Source of the DNA: Pseudomonadota bacterium
GTDB lineage: Bacteria > Pseudomonadota > Alphaproteobacteria > UBA1280 > JAAZVW01
Direction of reading: 5' to 3'
NCBI GenBank assembly: GCA_018623135.1
Contig: JAAZVW010000003.1
Span: 977 to 64,976 of the forward strand
Length of the DNA: 64,000 bases
Each line of letters starts with the position of its first letter. Positions within the stretch are counted from its first letter, which is position 1. The notes under the pieces were generated by a model. It was not told the DNA's origin. It ran no database searches and was given only the letters and a program-made list of their open reading frames with translations. Position numbers and translations under genes: made by a program. Below are positions 19,504 through 28,137 of the stretch, one piece after another.

Positions 19504-22272
19504 TTAGTTTTGTTTACCTATAAAAATACCACTTGCTGTATCAGCGCCTGCTGTAAAACCAAAGTTACCACCAGTTTCAACAGCATTTGGTCCAAAGAAC
19601 GCACCTTCTACGCTACCAGAACCACCACTTACATCAAACGTACCAGTAAAGACATTCTGACCCGAATCCCAGCCCATGTTACTATTGGCAAAGCTGTAAC
19701 CAGCAAAGCTAGAACTATCCATGCTTACATTGCGGGCATTAAAGTCTACAGCCATATTCAACACACCATTTTGTTGGATTACGCCATTATTTAAACTACC
19801 AATTAATGCGCCAGAGTATGTCGCTTGTACATTATTTGTTGCTAGCTGGTTTAAGTCTGTCGTTGTTGTAAGCTCACCTGCTACAAAGGCAGCATTGGCT
19901 TCTACAGAGCCGGCTTCTGCACCAGCATTTTCAAAAGTACCATTCCATAAGCCCCAGTGTACAAATTGGCAATCATTACAGCCGCCCGTTTGTCTTACAA
20001 GCTGGGCATTTTGAGCTGTTGTACTAAATGAACCTTTATCCGAATCCATATCACCAGTTAATGCGGTAGATGAACTAAAAGAAGTGATTTCTTTTTGTAC
20101 ACCAAAAGTACCGTCAGCTAGGCGAGGGGCAAAGTATAATTTACCACCTGCTGCTGTGTTACGGTTAATATATACGCCCTCAGCTGTGAGCTCAATTGCC
20201 AGCACATCTCCTGCTAAAATTTCAAAAGTTTTACTTAATTTATTTTTAGCTGCGTTAAATTGATAGAGTTCAATTTTGTTTGTATCTGTATTTGCAATTG
20301 CAAGCTGGTCACCTGCTAAAGATAGGTTTGCATTGCTACCCAAATCAAATTGCTGAATTGTGTTAAATGTTTGCGCATTTACAAGCTGTGTTTTACCGTT
20401 TGAATCTCGCAATACAATAAAGTTTTCATTCGCATCCATTTTTGCGAGTACAGAATTAAAGCCTGTTATTAAATTGACTGATCTATAGTTTGCTGTATCT
20501 GTAAGGTCAATTTCAAAAAGTTGCTTGCTGCTGTTTGTTGCCGCATATAGTTTATTGCCGACAACCTTAAATACATCACCAAATTTTTCATTCACTTGCA
20601 TGCCTGTTGGTTGCGTAATACTGCGTACAAATGTACCGCTATCATCAAATTCTAAAATAATACCAGCAAAACCAGATCCCCCATTCGCTGTATTATTATC
20701 AAATAGAGATAGACCTACAAAGGCATGGCCATTTTCTGCGATATCAACATAATTGTATTGGCCTGTATTGCCGTAAGAGCTAAAGCCTATATTTGGTAAG
20801 CTTAAGTCTGATTGTAATTGTGTGAGCACGCCTGTAAAGTTTAAGTTTGCTTTTGTGGCCCAAGCACCACCTGTGCGTTCATAAATAGTTATATAAGGCG
20901 CACTTGTATCAGAAGGTGTAGGTTTTGAAGAAACGGCAAAATTACCATTCATCGCTACAAGAGAATTATTTGCTGTTAAACCAATAGTCTCTGGCGTTTC
21001 TGCAAAGTTACGACTGTCGTAAAAGTTTAAATCACCATCTGCATTTCTTGCGATAAGTAATTCGTTCGATTGACGGAATGTATTAGATTGTTGATTAAGT
21101 GTATATTGCTCATCAAAAGTCATGCCTTCAGCCGTTGTTTTGAAAGCAGAATGGAACGAAGTACCATCTTCTGCGTAGGTGTTTACTTGTCCAAAAGCTT
21201 TGCCCTGGCTATTTGTTGCTAAATTCACCTTACCTTGAACCGCATCTGTAAATGCAGAGTTACCGCCTTGTTGCATAAACCCACCAACAAAGCCTCGTTT
21301 GCGGATATTAACATTCGTAGGTGCATTAAGTTGGTTATCGGTTACGCGTTGTTCTATTGTTTCTTGTGCGGCTGTTGTTAAGTCTACACGACGCTCTGCA
21401 GGTTGTCTTTGTTCAACAGCGTCGGCATCAGCAGGCGCTTGTGGTTTTGGTGCCTGCGCAACATCTTTAAATTTAGCAGCTACGGCAGCTTTTTTCTTTG
21501 GCTTTGCATCCGCTTTTTGCTCTTTATCAGTGTCGCCTTCTTCTGTTGGTGCTTTTTCTTGTGTTGCACCACCTTCTTCAGCAGGCGCTGTACCTTCTTG
21601 CTGTTCGGTTTCCTGTTCTTCGTTTTCAGCCGCTTCTTCACTGTCTGTAGAAAGCGCATCCTTTAACACAACAAGCTGTGCATTAGAAAAGGGCTTAGGC
21701 TCACTCGGCGCTGCACTCGGAGATGTGATCTCTGTAAAGAAGTTAGGTCTATCTAACGGCACAGAACCATTGTTATTCGACACATCTAAACAACAAACAG
21801 TTAAGCCTACAGTTGTCTGACCTGTGGGTTTTACTTCACCAATACCACCAGAACCACGTACACCAATTGTTGCAAACGGCGTATTTACTTTTACTTGGTC
21901 AGGGCGTTTTTTGGCAATTTTACCTGTAATGAATCTAAAAAAACCTTTGGTTACATTAATAACAGATTCACCTTCAGCACTCTTACTATCGTACACAAAT
22001 TTATCTAAAACAATTTCAGTATTGTGTCCAAGAGTAAAAATACTCTGGTCATTAAAAATAAGTTGAGCAGTACTCTCGCCCTCAGAAACTAGGGTTTGGT
22101 TTTCATAAACTTTATCTTTAACATCAAGCTTTGCTTTGTTGCTACCGTTTATCACAAAAACATCGCCCTTAATAGCGGCGACAATACCGATAGAATCTGC
22201 AGCTTGTGCAAGTTGGGATGTGACCGCCATTGCAAAAATAAAAATAGCTTTTTTAAATGTAGATGTCGTCAT
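19504..22272 (-). CDS. Secreted FecR-domain protein with an acidic/Lys-rich linker, a large central region and a C-terminal TbpB-like 8-strand beta-barrel domain
   Basis: 922 aa. SPI-type signal peptide (AMAVTSQLAQA-AD, no lipobox Cys). FecR-like region IKGDVFVINGS...TKGFFRFITGK...TPFATIGVRGSGG. Low-complexity residues about 208-295. C-terminus ATYSGALIGS...MAVDFNARNVS...GTFDVSGGSGSVEGAFFGPNAVETGGNFGF...SGIFIGKQN matches the TbpB/hemophilin-type barrel pattern. Confidence 0.7.
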   Translation of the reverse strand: MTTSTFKKAIFIFAMAVTSQLAQAADSIGIVAAIKGDVFVINGSNKAKLDVKDKVYENQTLVSEGESTAQLIFNDQSIFTLGHNTEIVLDKFVYDSKSAEGESVINVTKGFFRFITGKIAKKRPDQVKVNTPFATIGVRGSGGIGEVKPTGQTTVGLTVCCLDVSNNNGSVPLDRPNFFTEITSPSAAPSEPKPFSNAQLVVLKDALSTDSEEAAENEEQETEQQEGTAPAEEGGATQEKAPTEEGDTDKEQKADAKPKKKAAVAAKFKDVAQAPKPQAPADADAVEQRQPAERRVDLTTAAQETIEQRVTDNQLNAPTNVNIRKRGFVGGFMQQGGNSAFTDAVQGKVNLATNSQGKAFGQVNTYAEDGTSFHSAFKTTAEGMTFDEQYTLNQQSNTFRQSNELLIARNADGDLNFYDSRNFAETPETIGLTANNSLVAMNGNFAVSSKPTPSDTSAPYITIYERTGGAWATKANLNFTGVLTQLQSDLSLPNIGFSSYGNTGQYNYVDIAENGHAFVGLSLFDNNTANGGSGFAGIILEFDDSGTFVRSITQPTGMQVNEKFGDVFKVVGNKLYAATNSSKQLFEIDLTDTANYRSVNLITGFNSVLAKMDANENFIVLRDSNGKTQLVNAQTFNTIQQFDLGSNANLSLAGDQLAIANTDTNKIELYQFNAAKNKLSKTFEILAGDVLAIELTAEGVYINRNTAAGGKLYFAPRLADGTFGVQKEITSFSSSTALTGDMDSDKGSFSTTAQNAQLVRQTGGCNDCQFVHWGLWNGTFENAGAEAGSVEANAAFVAGELTTTTDLNQLATNNVQATYSGALIGSLNNGVIQQNGVLNMAVDFNARNVSMDSSSFAGYSFANSNMGWDSGQNVFTGTFDVSGGSGSVEGAFFGPNAVETGGNFGFTAGADTASGIFIGKQN

Positions 22273-22287
22273 TATTTTACCCTTACC

Positions 22288-23553
22288 CTAGAAACGCCAA
22301 CCTAAATTTGCACTAATACGTTCATTATCGTACGTATAGTTTGTAATGTTAGAGTTCACGTCTCTCCATATATAACTCATTGACGCGCTCAGCTTGCCAA
22401 AGGTTTTACCTACCGTTATTTGTGAGCCTCGTTCCGTTTCTTCACGTATCGTAGAAGGGTCAACAAAGCTGTCTACATTCTTATAGTCAGTGGCTTTAAT
22501 ATAAAAATTGACAGAGGCAAATAAACTTGGCGTAAACATACGTGTATAGCTAAAAGCGGCCATGTTTTGGTTGTAGCTATAATAAGCGCGACGTGCTTTT
22601 TCTTTCTGATGCTTATAGCTTAAGCTTAGTAAATCTTTAGGAGTAAAGGCGTATTTTACATCAAATAAAGCATAAAAAGCGTCACCATTACGCTCAGAAA
22701 GTGTGCGACTGTCAGCAGAATTAAAATAATGTTTGTTTTCCCAGCCTAATGTGGTGCTCAATGCTGTCTTTTTATTAAGCTGCTTGGCAACTTCTATGCT
22801 CAAAGTTGCGGCTTCTTGATAAGGTTTTTTACCTAAATCAATAAAGTTATACCCCACTTTAGGAGAAATACGCACACCACTTTTCGGGAAGTTAAGCACA
22901 GGCCCAGTAGACAAACTATGGAAGGTTAAATCAAGCTCTTCTAAACTGGCTTGTTTGGTCTTGTAAAAATTGTATTGGCTCTTCCATTGGTTCCCATCTT
23001 GGTCATGGAACATATATCTATGAGAAATACTTAAGCCAAAAGAGCGTGCATCGTCTTGCTGCCCCTTAGAGGCATCATCAAGCGGAATATCAATACCTTG
23101 AAAGGTCACTTCACCTGCAGCAGAAGCAGAATTTGCATTAGAATCCGTATGTAATCCTAAAGAAAGCGCACCAGAAACAAAATGTTTTTTCTGCTGTTCC
23201 TGTATTTTTTCTAGCAAAGCGTTAATATTGGCGATAACTTGCTGTGGCGGGTCCGCTTCTAGTACCTCAGTAAATAATTCTTTCGCTAACTCAAAATTAC
23301 CTAAAGAAACATGCAAAGCTGCTAAGTCCAGTTTAATACGTGGTAAATCTGGGTTTACAATAAGCATACGTTCATATGTTGCCATAGCGGCATCATAATC
23401 TTCTAGTTCTATGGCTTTGTTTGCATATTCAAAATTGAGGTCTAAATTAGTAGGGTCGTCCATTAAGCGTGCAAAAATAGCATCTAAGTCACTAGCGCTT
23501 GCATTTAAGCAAAGCAGGCAAATGAGTGTACTTAGTATAAACTGCTTTTTCAC
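22288..23553 (-). CDS. Slam-like outer-membrane protein (N-terminal TPR plus DUF560-like beta-barrel; type XI secretion candidate)
   Basis: 421 aa with a signal peptide (LCLNASASD). TPR-like helices cover about residues 30-120 (FEYANKAIELEDYDAAMATYERML...). The C-terminal roughly 290 aa has an alternating beta pattern and ends NSNITNYTYDNERISANLGWRF with a terminal Phe. Confidence 0.6.
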   Translation of the reverse strand: MKKQFILSTLICLLCLNASASDLDAIFARLMDDPTNLDLNFEYANKAIELEDYDAAMATYERMLIVNPDLPRIKLDLAALHVSLGNFELAKELFTEVLEADPPQQVIANINALLEKIQEQQKKHFVSGALSLGLHTDSNANSASAAGEVTFQGIDIPLDDASKGQQDDARSFGLSISHRYMFHDQDGNQWKSQYNFYKTKQASLEELDLTFHSLSTGPVLNFPKSGVRISPKVGYNFIDLGKKPYQEAATLSIEVAKQLNKKTALSTTLGWENKHYFNSADSRTLSERNGDAFYALFDVKYAFTPKDLLSLSYKHQKEKARRAYYSYNQNMAAFSYTRMFTPSLFASVNFYIKATDYKNVDSFVDPSTIREETERGSQITVGKTFGKLSASMSYIWRDVNSNITNYTYDNERISANLGWRF

Positions 23554-23579
23554 ATCTAATCCCTTAAGCGTTATTTTTA

Positions 23580-24140
23580 TTAAGCTGATAGTTTTTCTTT
23601 AAGAGCACAACGCTCAATAATCAAGCCTATAACAGGCATTAAATCTTTCGCATCATCCAAATGTTCTAGTTTAAAAGCGGTAATGTCGTTCTTTTCAATA
23701 TCAAAATGGTTAATCAGCTGAACCACGCCAATAACTGTGCCTTCAATATTTTTTAAAGGAAAGCTCAGCATAGATTTAGAGTGGTAATTATTTTCACGAT
23801 CAAAAGAAGGGTTAAAGCTATAAGGTACCGAAGCATCTAAAGCATAGAGGTTATCAATTTCAAGAAACTCACCCGTTGTTGCAACATAACCAGCAATAGA
23901 ACTTTCGTTTTGCGGGATACTAAAACGCTGTGGATCCACATTTATTTTATCGTTCTGGATAGAATAACAAACCAAATTATCTTCAGGTGTAGGGTCTACT
24001 AAATTTTCCACCATAAAAATACTGCCAGCTTCAGCAATGGTATGGCGACGTAGTTTTGCAAGAATAAGTTCCACAAGCTTATGCGTGTCTAACTGACCTT
24101 TAATAGAGATGGTATGCACAAATTCTTCGATAAGACTCAT
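23580..24140 (-). CDS. Stand-alone GAF-domain protein
   Basis: 186 aa. AEAGSIFMVEN...SIAGYVATTGEFLEIDNLY...SKSMLSFPLKNIEGTVIGVVQLINH is a canonical GAF pattern. No other domain is present. Confidence 0.75.
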   Translation of the reverse strand: MSLIEEFVHTISIKGQLDTHKLVELILAKLRRHTIAEAGSIFMVENLVDPTPEDNLVCYSIQNDKINVDPQRFSIPQNESSIAGYVATTGEFLEIDNLYALDASVPYSFNPSFDRENNYHSKSMLSFPLKNIEGTVIGVVQLINHFDIEKNDITAFKLEHLDDAKDLMPVIGLIIERCALKEKLSA

Positions 24141-24273
24141 GGTGTATTGCCCTTAATTTAGCGTTTTTCTTTTTATACTAGGGCAAAAAATGGGCTTTAT
24201 GCAAATGTAAGGGGTTAAAGGTCATACTTTATTCACAACCCCTGTTGCTTATATGCTTAGTTTATAAAGAGGC

Positions 24274-26046
24274 TTAAAATGGCCAAATTTTAGGAATGTA
24301 ATAAATAGAAATCACCATAAATATCAGGTTTAAAGGTAAACCTATTTTTAAGTAATCTGTATATTTATAAGCACCTGGGCCATGTACCATTGCGTTTGTT
24401 TGGTAGCCTACTGGTGTTGTAAAACAGGTAGAGGCGGCAAAAGTAATCGCAATTAAAAAGGGCTTAGGGTCTACCCCAAGAGTTGAACCTGTAACAAGGG
24501 CAATTGGTGCTAATAAAATAGCTGTTGCAGTGTTAGAAAGCACGGCCGTAAGCACCATGGTAATAGCATATAAAGCCCCTAATATATAAACAGGTTCTGT
24601 ATGACCTATAGAATCCATAATTGTACGAACAAATCCTTCTGCCACACCAGTTGAATTCATTGCCGCACCTAACGGAATTAAACAGCCGAGTAAAATAATA
24701 ACCTTACGATCAATAGCATCATAAGCTTGCTGAATACTTAAGCAACCTGTTAATAGCATGGCCGCAACACCCATTAAAGAGGCTTGGAAAATAGATGTAA
24801 GACCTAAAGCAGAAGCACCAACAACCGCCATCATAATAAAAATAGCTGTCAACGCACGGTGGTTACGCAAGCGTAAATCGGGGTGTTCTTTTAAAAGTAA
24901 AAAGTCGCGTTGATTGTTAAGATGCTCTAAATCTTCTCTATGGCCTTGTAATAAAAGTGTATCGCCAGTTGCTAGCTCTGTTTGTCCAATACGCTCCTTA
25001 AGCTGTGTGCCGTTACGTTTTATTGCAAGTACGGCGGCGTGGTAGCGCCAGTAAAAATCAACTTGCTTAAGGGTACGACCAACCATACGACTGTTATTAG
25101 GTACAATAACTTCCAAAAGTTCAATATCAGAAGATTTCTGATGTGTTTCATTAAGCTTACGCTCTGCCCAGTTTTCAAGTTTTAAGCTATCGGCATCTTC
25201 TAAAATACGGCTTACGTTACCGCGTATAACTAAAATGTCATTTTCTCTAATTTGTGTAGAAGCAGGTGCCCATAATACATGCTTATCACGTATTATTTCC
25301 ATAAGTTGGGCGTTTTCAAAGGTTTCTAGATTCATATCATTAAAGGCAACATCAATAAGTTTTGAGCCTTTGAGTACTTTAAGCTCTGTTAAATAATCGT
25401 TTAATTCGTAGCCTTCTTCTAGGCTTTTTTTAGCACGTTCAGGTAACATGAATTGCCCAATAAGCATTAAATAAACCATGCCCACAGCTAGGCAAATAAG
25501 CCCAAGCTGTGCAAATTCAAACATATTAAAAGCTGCATAACCCGCCTCTTGAGCAATTTCACTTACAAGTAAGTTGGTAGATGTACCCACCAAAGTACAA
25601 ACCCCACCAAATTGTGCAGCAAAAGATAACGGCATAAGCACTTTAGAGGGGTTCACCATGCGGTCACGGCAAATGGCAAGTGTTACGGGTAAAAGCACCG
25701 CTACAATGGCAGTGTTATTTACAAAGGCAGAAAGAAAGGCACAGGTGATACCTAATACAACAATCATACGCCAAGGCTTATGTCCAACAAGAGGTTTTAA
25801 GTGATGACCAATAAAACGTACAACGCCTGTACGCTGTAACCCGCCCGATAAAATAAACATAGCAGCAATGGTAACGGTAACAGGGTTCGCAAAACCAGAA
25901 AGAGATTCTTCAGTGGTCACAAGGCCGGTGCTTAGTAAGGCAACAAGCACTAAAAAAGCAACCATATCAATCGGTAGCTTCTCTGTGATAAACAACACAA
26001 GAGACACACCAATAATTAAAGAAAGTAAAAGGCTAGGCTCTAGCAT
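24274..26046 (-). CDS. SLC13/DASS-family permease with central TrkA-C-like domains
   Basis: 590 aa with two membrane halves separated by a soluble region of about 200 aa (LKVLKGSKLIDVAFNDMNL...; LLEVIVPNNSRMVGRTLKQVDF...). This is typical of the CitT/ArsB superfamily with an RCK_C pair. Confidence 0.8.
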   Translation of the reverse strand: MLEPSLLLSLIIGVSLVLFITEKLPIDMVAFLVLVALLSTGLVTTEESLSGFANPVTVTIAAMFILSGGLQRTGVVRFIGHHLKPLVGHKPWRMIVVLGITCAFLSAFVNNTAIVAVLLPVTLAICRDRMVNPSKVLMPLSFAAQFGGVCTLVGTSTNLLVSEIAQEAGYAAFNMFEFAQLGLICLAVGMVYLMLIGQFMLPERAKKSLEEGYELNDYLTELKVLKGSKLIDVAFNDMNLETFENAQLMEIIRDKHVLWAPASTQIRENDILVIRGNVSRILEDADSLKLENWAERKLNETHQKSSDIELLEVIVPNNSRMVGRTLKQVDFYWRYHAAVLAIKRNGTQLKERIGQTELATGDTLLLQGHREDLEHLNNQRDFLLLKEHPDLRLRNHRALTAIFIMMAVVGASALGLTSIFQASLMGVAAMLLTGCLSIQQAYDAIDRKVIILLGCLIPLGAAMNSTGVAEGFVRTIMDSIGHTEPVYILGALYAITMVLTAVLSNTATAILLAPIALVTGSTLGVDPKPFLIAITFAASTCFTTPVGYQTNAMVHGPGAYKYTDYLKIGLPLNLIFMVISIYYIPKIWPF

Positions 26047-26129
26047 TGATATTATACCTTTTTTGGGGTTATTATTAGGTTTACAAGTTTGCCAGATTAA
26101 TCATAAGCACAAAAGTAATAAAACACAAG

Positions 26130-26555
26130 ATGTCAACAACCAGAAAACGTAAAAACCAAGCGCCAGAGCTACCACCTCTTAAAAAGAAAAAGCGCTTAAA
26201 AGGAAAGTCAGAAACCTCCGTTAAACGCCTAATTTTTATTTGGTGTGCCTTATTTGGCTGTGCAATCATTTTCATGATTCAAAAAGGGGATATAGATCTT
26301 TCGGTTTTAAGCACTCAAACAGAAAAGCTCAGCACAAAAATAAAAACAAACAAACTTTCAGAAGTTTTTGGTCATGGCGTTATTTTAAAAGATACATATT
26401 TAAGACAAAATATGTTGGCTGATAGCCCAATCCTTGCCCAACTTTATTTAGGGCAAGAGGTTAATGTATTAGGTAAAGATGCAGCTTGGGCATTAATAGA
26501 AACAGAGGATCAGAAAGGCTATGTAGCAATAGAAGCCCTGATGATTGAGCAATAA
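26130..26555 (+). CDS. Signal-anchored bacterial SH3-domain protein
   Basis: 141 aa with a polybasic N-terminus and a TM (LIFIWCALFGCAIIFMI). C-terminal GVILKDTYLRQNMLADSPILAQLYLGQEVNVLGKDAAWALIETEDQKGYVAIEAL is SH3b-like. Confidence 0.55.
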   Translation: MSTTRKRKNQAPELPPLKKKKRLKGKSETSVKRLIFIWCALFGCAIIFMIQKGDIDLSVLSTQTEKLSTKIKTNKLSEVFGHGVILKDTYLRQNMLADSPILAQLYLGQEVNVLGKDAAWALIETEDQKGYVAIEALMIEQ

Positions 26556-26625
26556 ATAATAAAGTAAAAATATAAATTAAATTACAGATTATAAAAATAA
26601 GTAAGAAATAAGGAAGAGATAAATC

Positions 26626-27258
26626 ATGTTACTTCAAGGCCCGTCACTTATTCCAGAAGGCGCAATCCGCCAAATCGTTATTCTTTTGCACGGTTTTGGT
26701 TCCGATGGGCAAGATCTCATCTCTCTTGCACCCTATTTGGCAGAAAAAATGCCACAAACAGCCTTTTATGCACCAAATGGGCCGCAAAAAACACCTATCG
26801 GTCAAGGCTACCAATGGTTTTCAGATGCAGGGTGGACATTTCATGACAAGCCAGGTATTGATGCAGCTAAAAATTTGCTAGAAGATTTTATTAAAGAAAA
26901 AGCCAAGTTCCATGAACTAGATGCTGAAGAAACAATCCTTATGGGTTTTTCACAAGGTACGATGACATCTCTTTATGCACAGCCACGCCTGTCTTTCCCA
27001 GTAAAAGCTGTGGTTGGTTTTTCGGGTCGTATGGTGTTTCAAGATGAGTTCCCTAAGGTTTATCCAAAAGTCCCTCTACTACTTATTCATGGTGAGGCAG
27101 ATGATGTCGTTCCTTTTGAACAAACACTGGTTGCTGCCAAAATATTCCAAGAAAAGGGGTATCAGGTTCAAACAAAAATTATCCCATTTTTAACACATGG
27201 TATAGATGAACAAGCTATCGCATCTGCCACAACTTTTGTGAAAGAGTTGTCTAAATAA
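26626..27258 (+). CDS. Phospholipase/carboxylesterase-family alpha/beta hydrolase
   Basis: 210 aa with LLHGFGSDGQDL, a GFSQG nucleophile elbow, HGEADDVVP and a late His (LTHGI). Confidence 0.8.
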   Translation: MLLQGPSLIPEGAIRQIVILLHGFGSDGQDLISLAPYLAEKMPQTAFYAPNGPQKTPIGQGYQWFSDAGWTFHDKPGIDAAKNLLEDFIKEKAKFHELDAEETILMGFSQGTMTSLYAQPRLSFPVKAVVGFSGRMVFQDEFPKVYPKVPLLLIHGEADDVVPFEQTLVAAKIFQEKGYQVQTKIIPFLTHGIDEQAIASATTFVKELSK

Positions 27259-27309
27259 GATAAACTTGCTATTATTCGGCTAGTTTACCTAACCTCTTAG
27301 GAGGTTGAT

Positions 27310-27525
27310 ATGCATTTTCTGCGTTATATAAATGAGCTTTATTGGCTTGCTAAATTAAAGTATTATTTGGCTTTAGCCGAAAAAGCTCAGCGCAATAAAA
27401 CACAATGCCCAGCAGTACCTGTAGTGCTTGAACAAAAACACCCACGGGTGTTTTTAGCCTTAAAGCTAGAAAATGCTATTGTTGCGAAACGGCATGTCAA
27501 ATTCCCAAAACTCTTGAAAAAATAG
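27310..27525 (+). CDS. Hypothetical small protein (weak call)
   Basis: 71-aa ORF preceded by AGGAGG (27299-27304). No recognisable motif. Confidence 0.3.
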   Translation: MHFLRYINELYWLAKLKYYLALAEKAQRNKTQCPAVPVVLEQKHPRVFLALKLENAIVAKRHVKFPKLLKK

Positions 27526-27584
27526 GTTCTATATCTATTTATTTATTCAACTCATATACCAGCCCTGCGGAGGGGCGATGCCTT

Positions 27585-28127
27585 ATGAAACAGATCAAAA
27601 TCATTCTGTTTGCCTTGCTCACCCTGTTAATCTCAACAGGTACTTTAGCCATTGAGGTGGATAAAGAGCGCCTTTCCAATAATTGGGAAGAAACGAAAAA
27701 GCTCTTTCGTTGGGGTAAAGAAGAAGTAAAAGAAAAGTATAAACAAAAACGCATCGAGCGCGATAGTGCAGGTCTCTGCCAAATACGCTTTGGTGAAGAT
27801 AATGCAGATAGCCGATATATGGCTAGCTTAGCAAGAGATCTTCAAGATTTTTTTGGTATCACAACACACCGCTATGCTAGAGGTGTTAGTTACGATTACT
27901 TCAAAAAAATCGCCTATGGCGAAGCAGAAGCCGCAAGCTTAAGCCGTTACCCTCAGGATTTTGGGGTGAAACTGGTCGCACGTCTGCAGCTTAATATTAA
28001 AGACAAAGTGACTCTTTGTTGGTCGGAAGAATTCCGCACACAAATAGAAGCTTTTGAAACGTACACCAAGCGCGAAGGAAAAGAGTTGTATAAAACTTTC
28101 CAAAACGCTTTTCCACCGCATGAATAA
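27585..28127 (+). CDS. Hypothetical secreted protein
   Basis: 180 aa with a signal peptide (IILFALLTLLISTGTLA) and two Cys. No recognisable family. Confidence 0.45.
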   Translation: MKQIKIILFALLTLLISTGTLAIEVDKERLSNNWEETKKLFRWGKEEVKEKYKQKRIERDSAGLCQIRFGEDNADSRYMASLARDLQDFFGITTHRYARGVSYDYFKKIAYGEAEAASLSRYPQDFGVKLVARLQLNIKDKVTLCWSEEFRTQIEAFETYTKREGKELYKTFQNAFPPHE

Positions 28128-28137
28128 GGAGGTCACT

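Noticed and set aside
21299-21820. Plus-strand ORFs of 173 aa and 87 aa opposite the FecR/TbpB-barrel gene
   Set aside because: They are antisense to the low-complexity acidic linker. Their Ser/Ala/Cys/Phe-rich composition is the mirror image of the GAA/GCA/AAA-rich sense codons, so they are classic shadow ORFs.
26130-26210. Bipartite NLS-like basic stretch (RKRK-x9-KKKKRLK) at the N-terminus of the SH3b protein
   Set aside because: It is tempting as a eukaryote-targeting signal in a possible symbiont. However, it immediately precedes a TM anchor, so a positive-inside cytoplasmic tail explains it more simply. There is no other effector feature.
26081-26275. 64-aa minus-strand ORF opposite the start of the SH3b gene
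   Set aside because: It is antisense to a better-supported gene and to the intergenic promoter region, and it has no motif.
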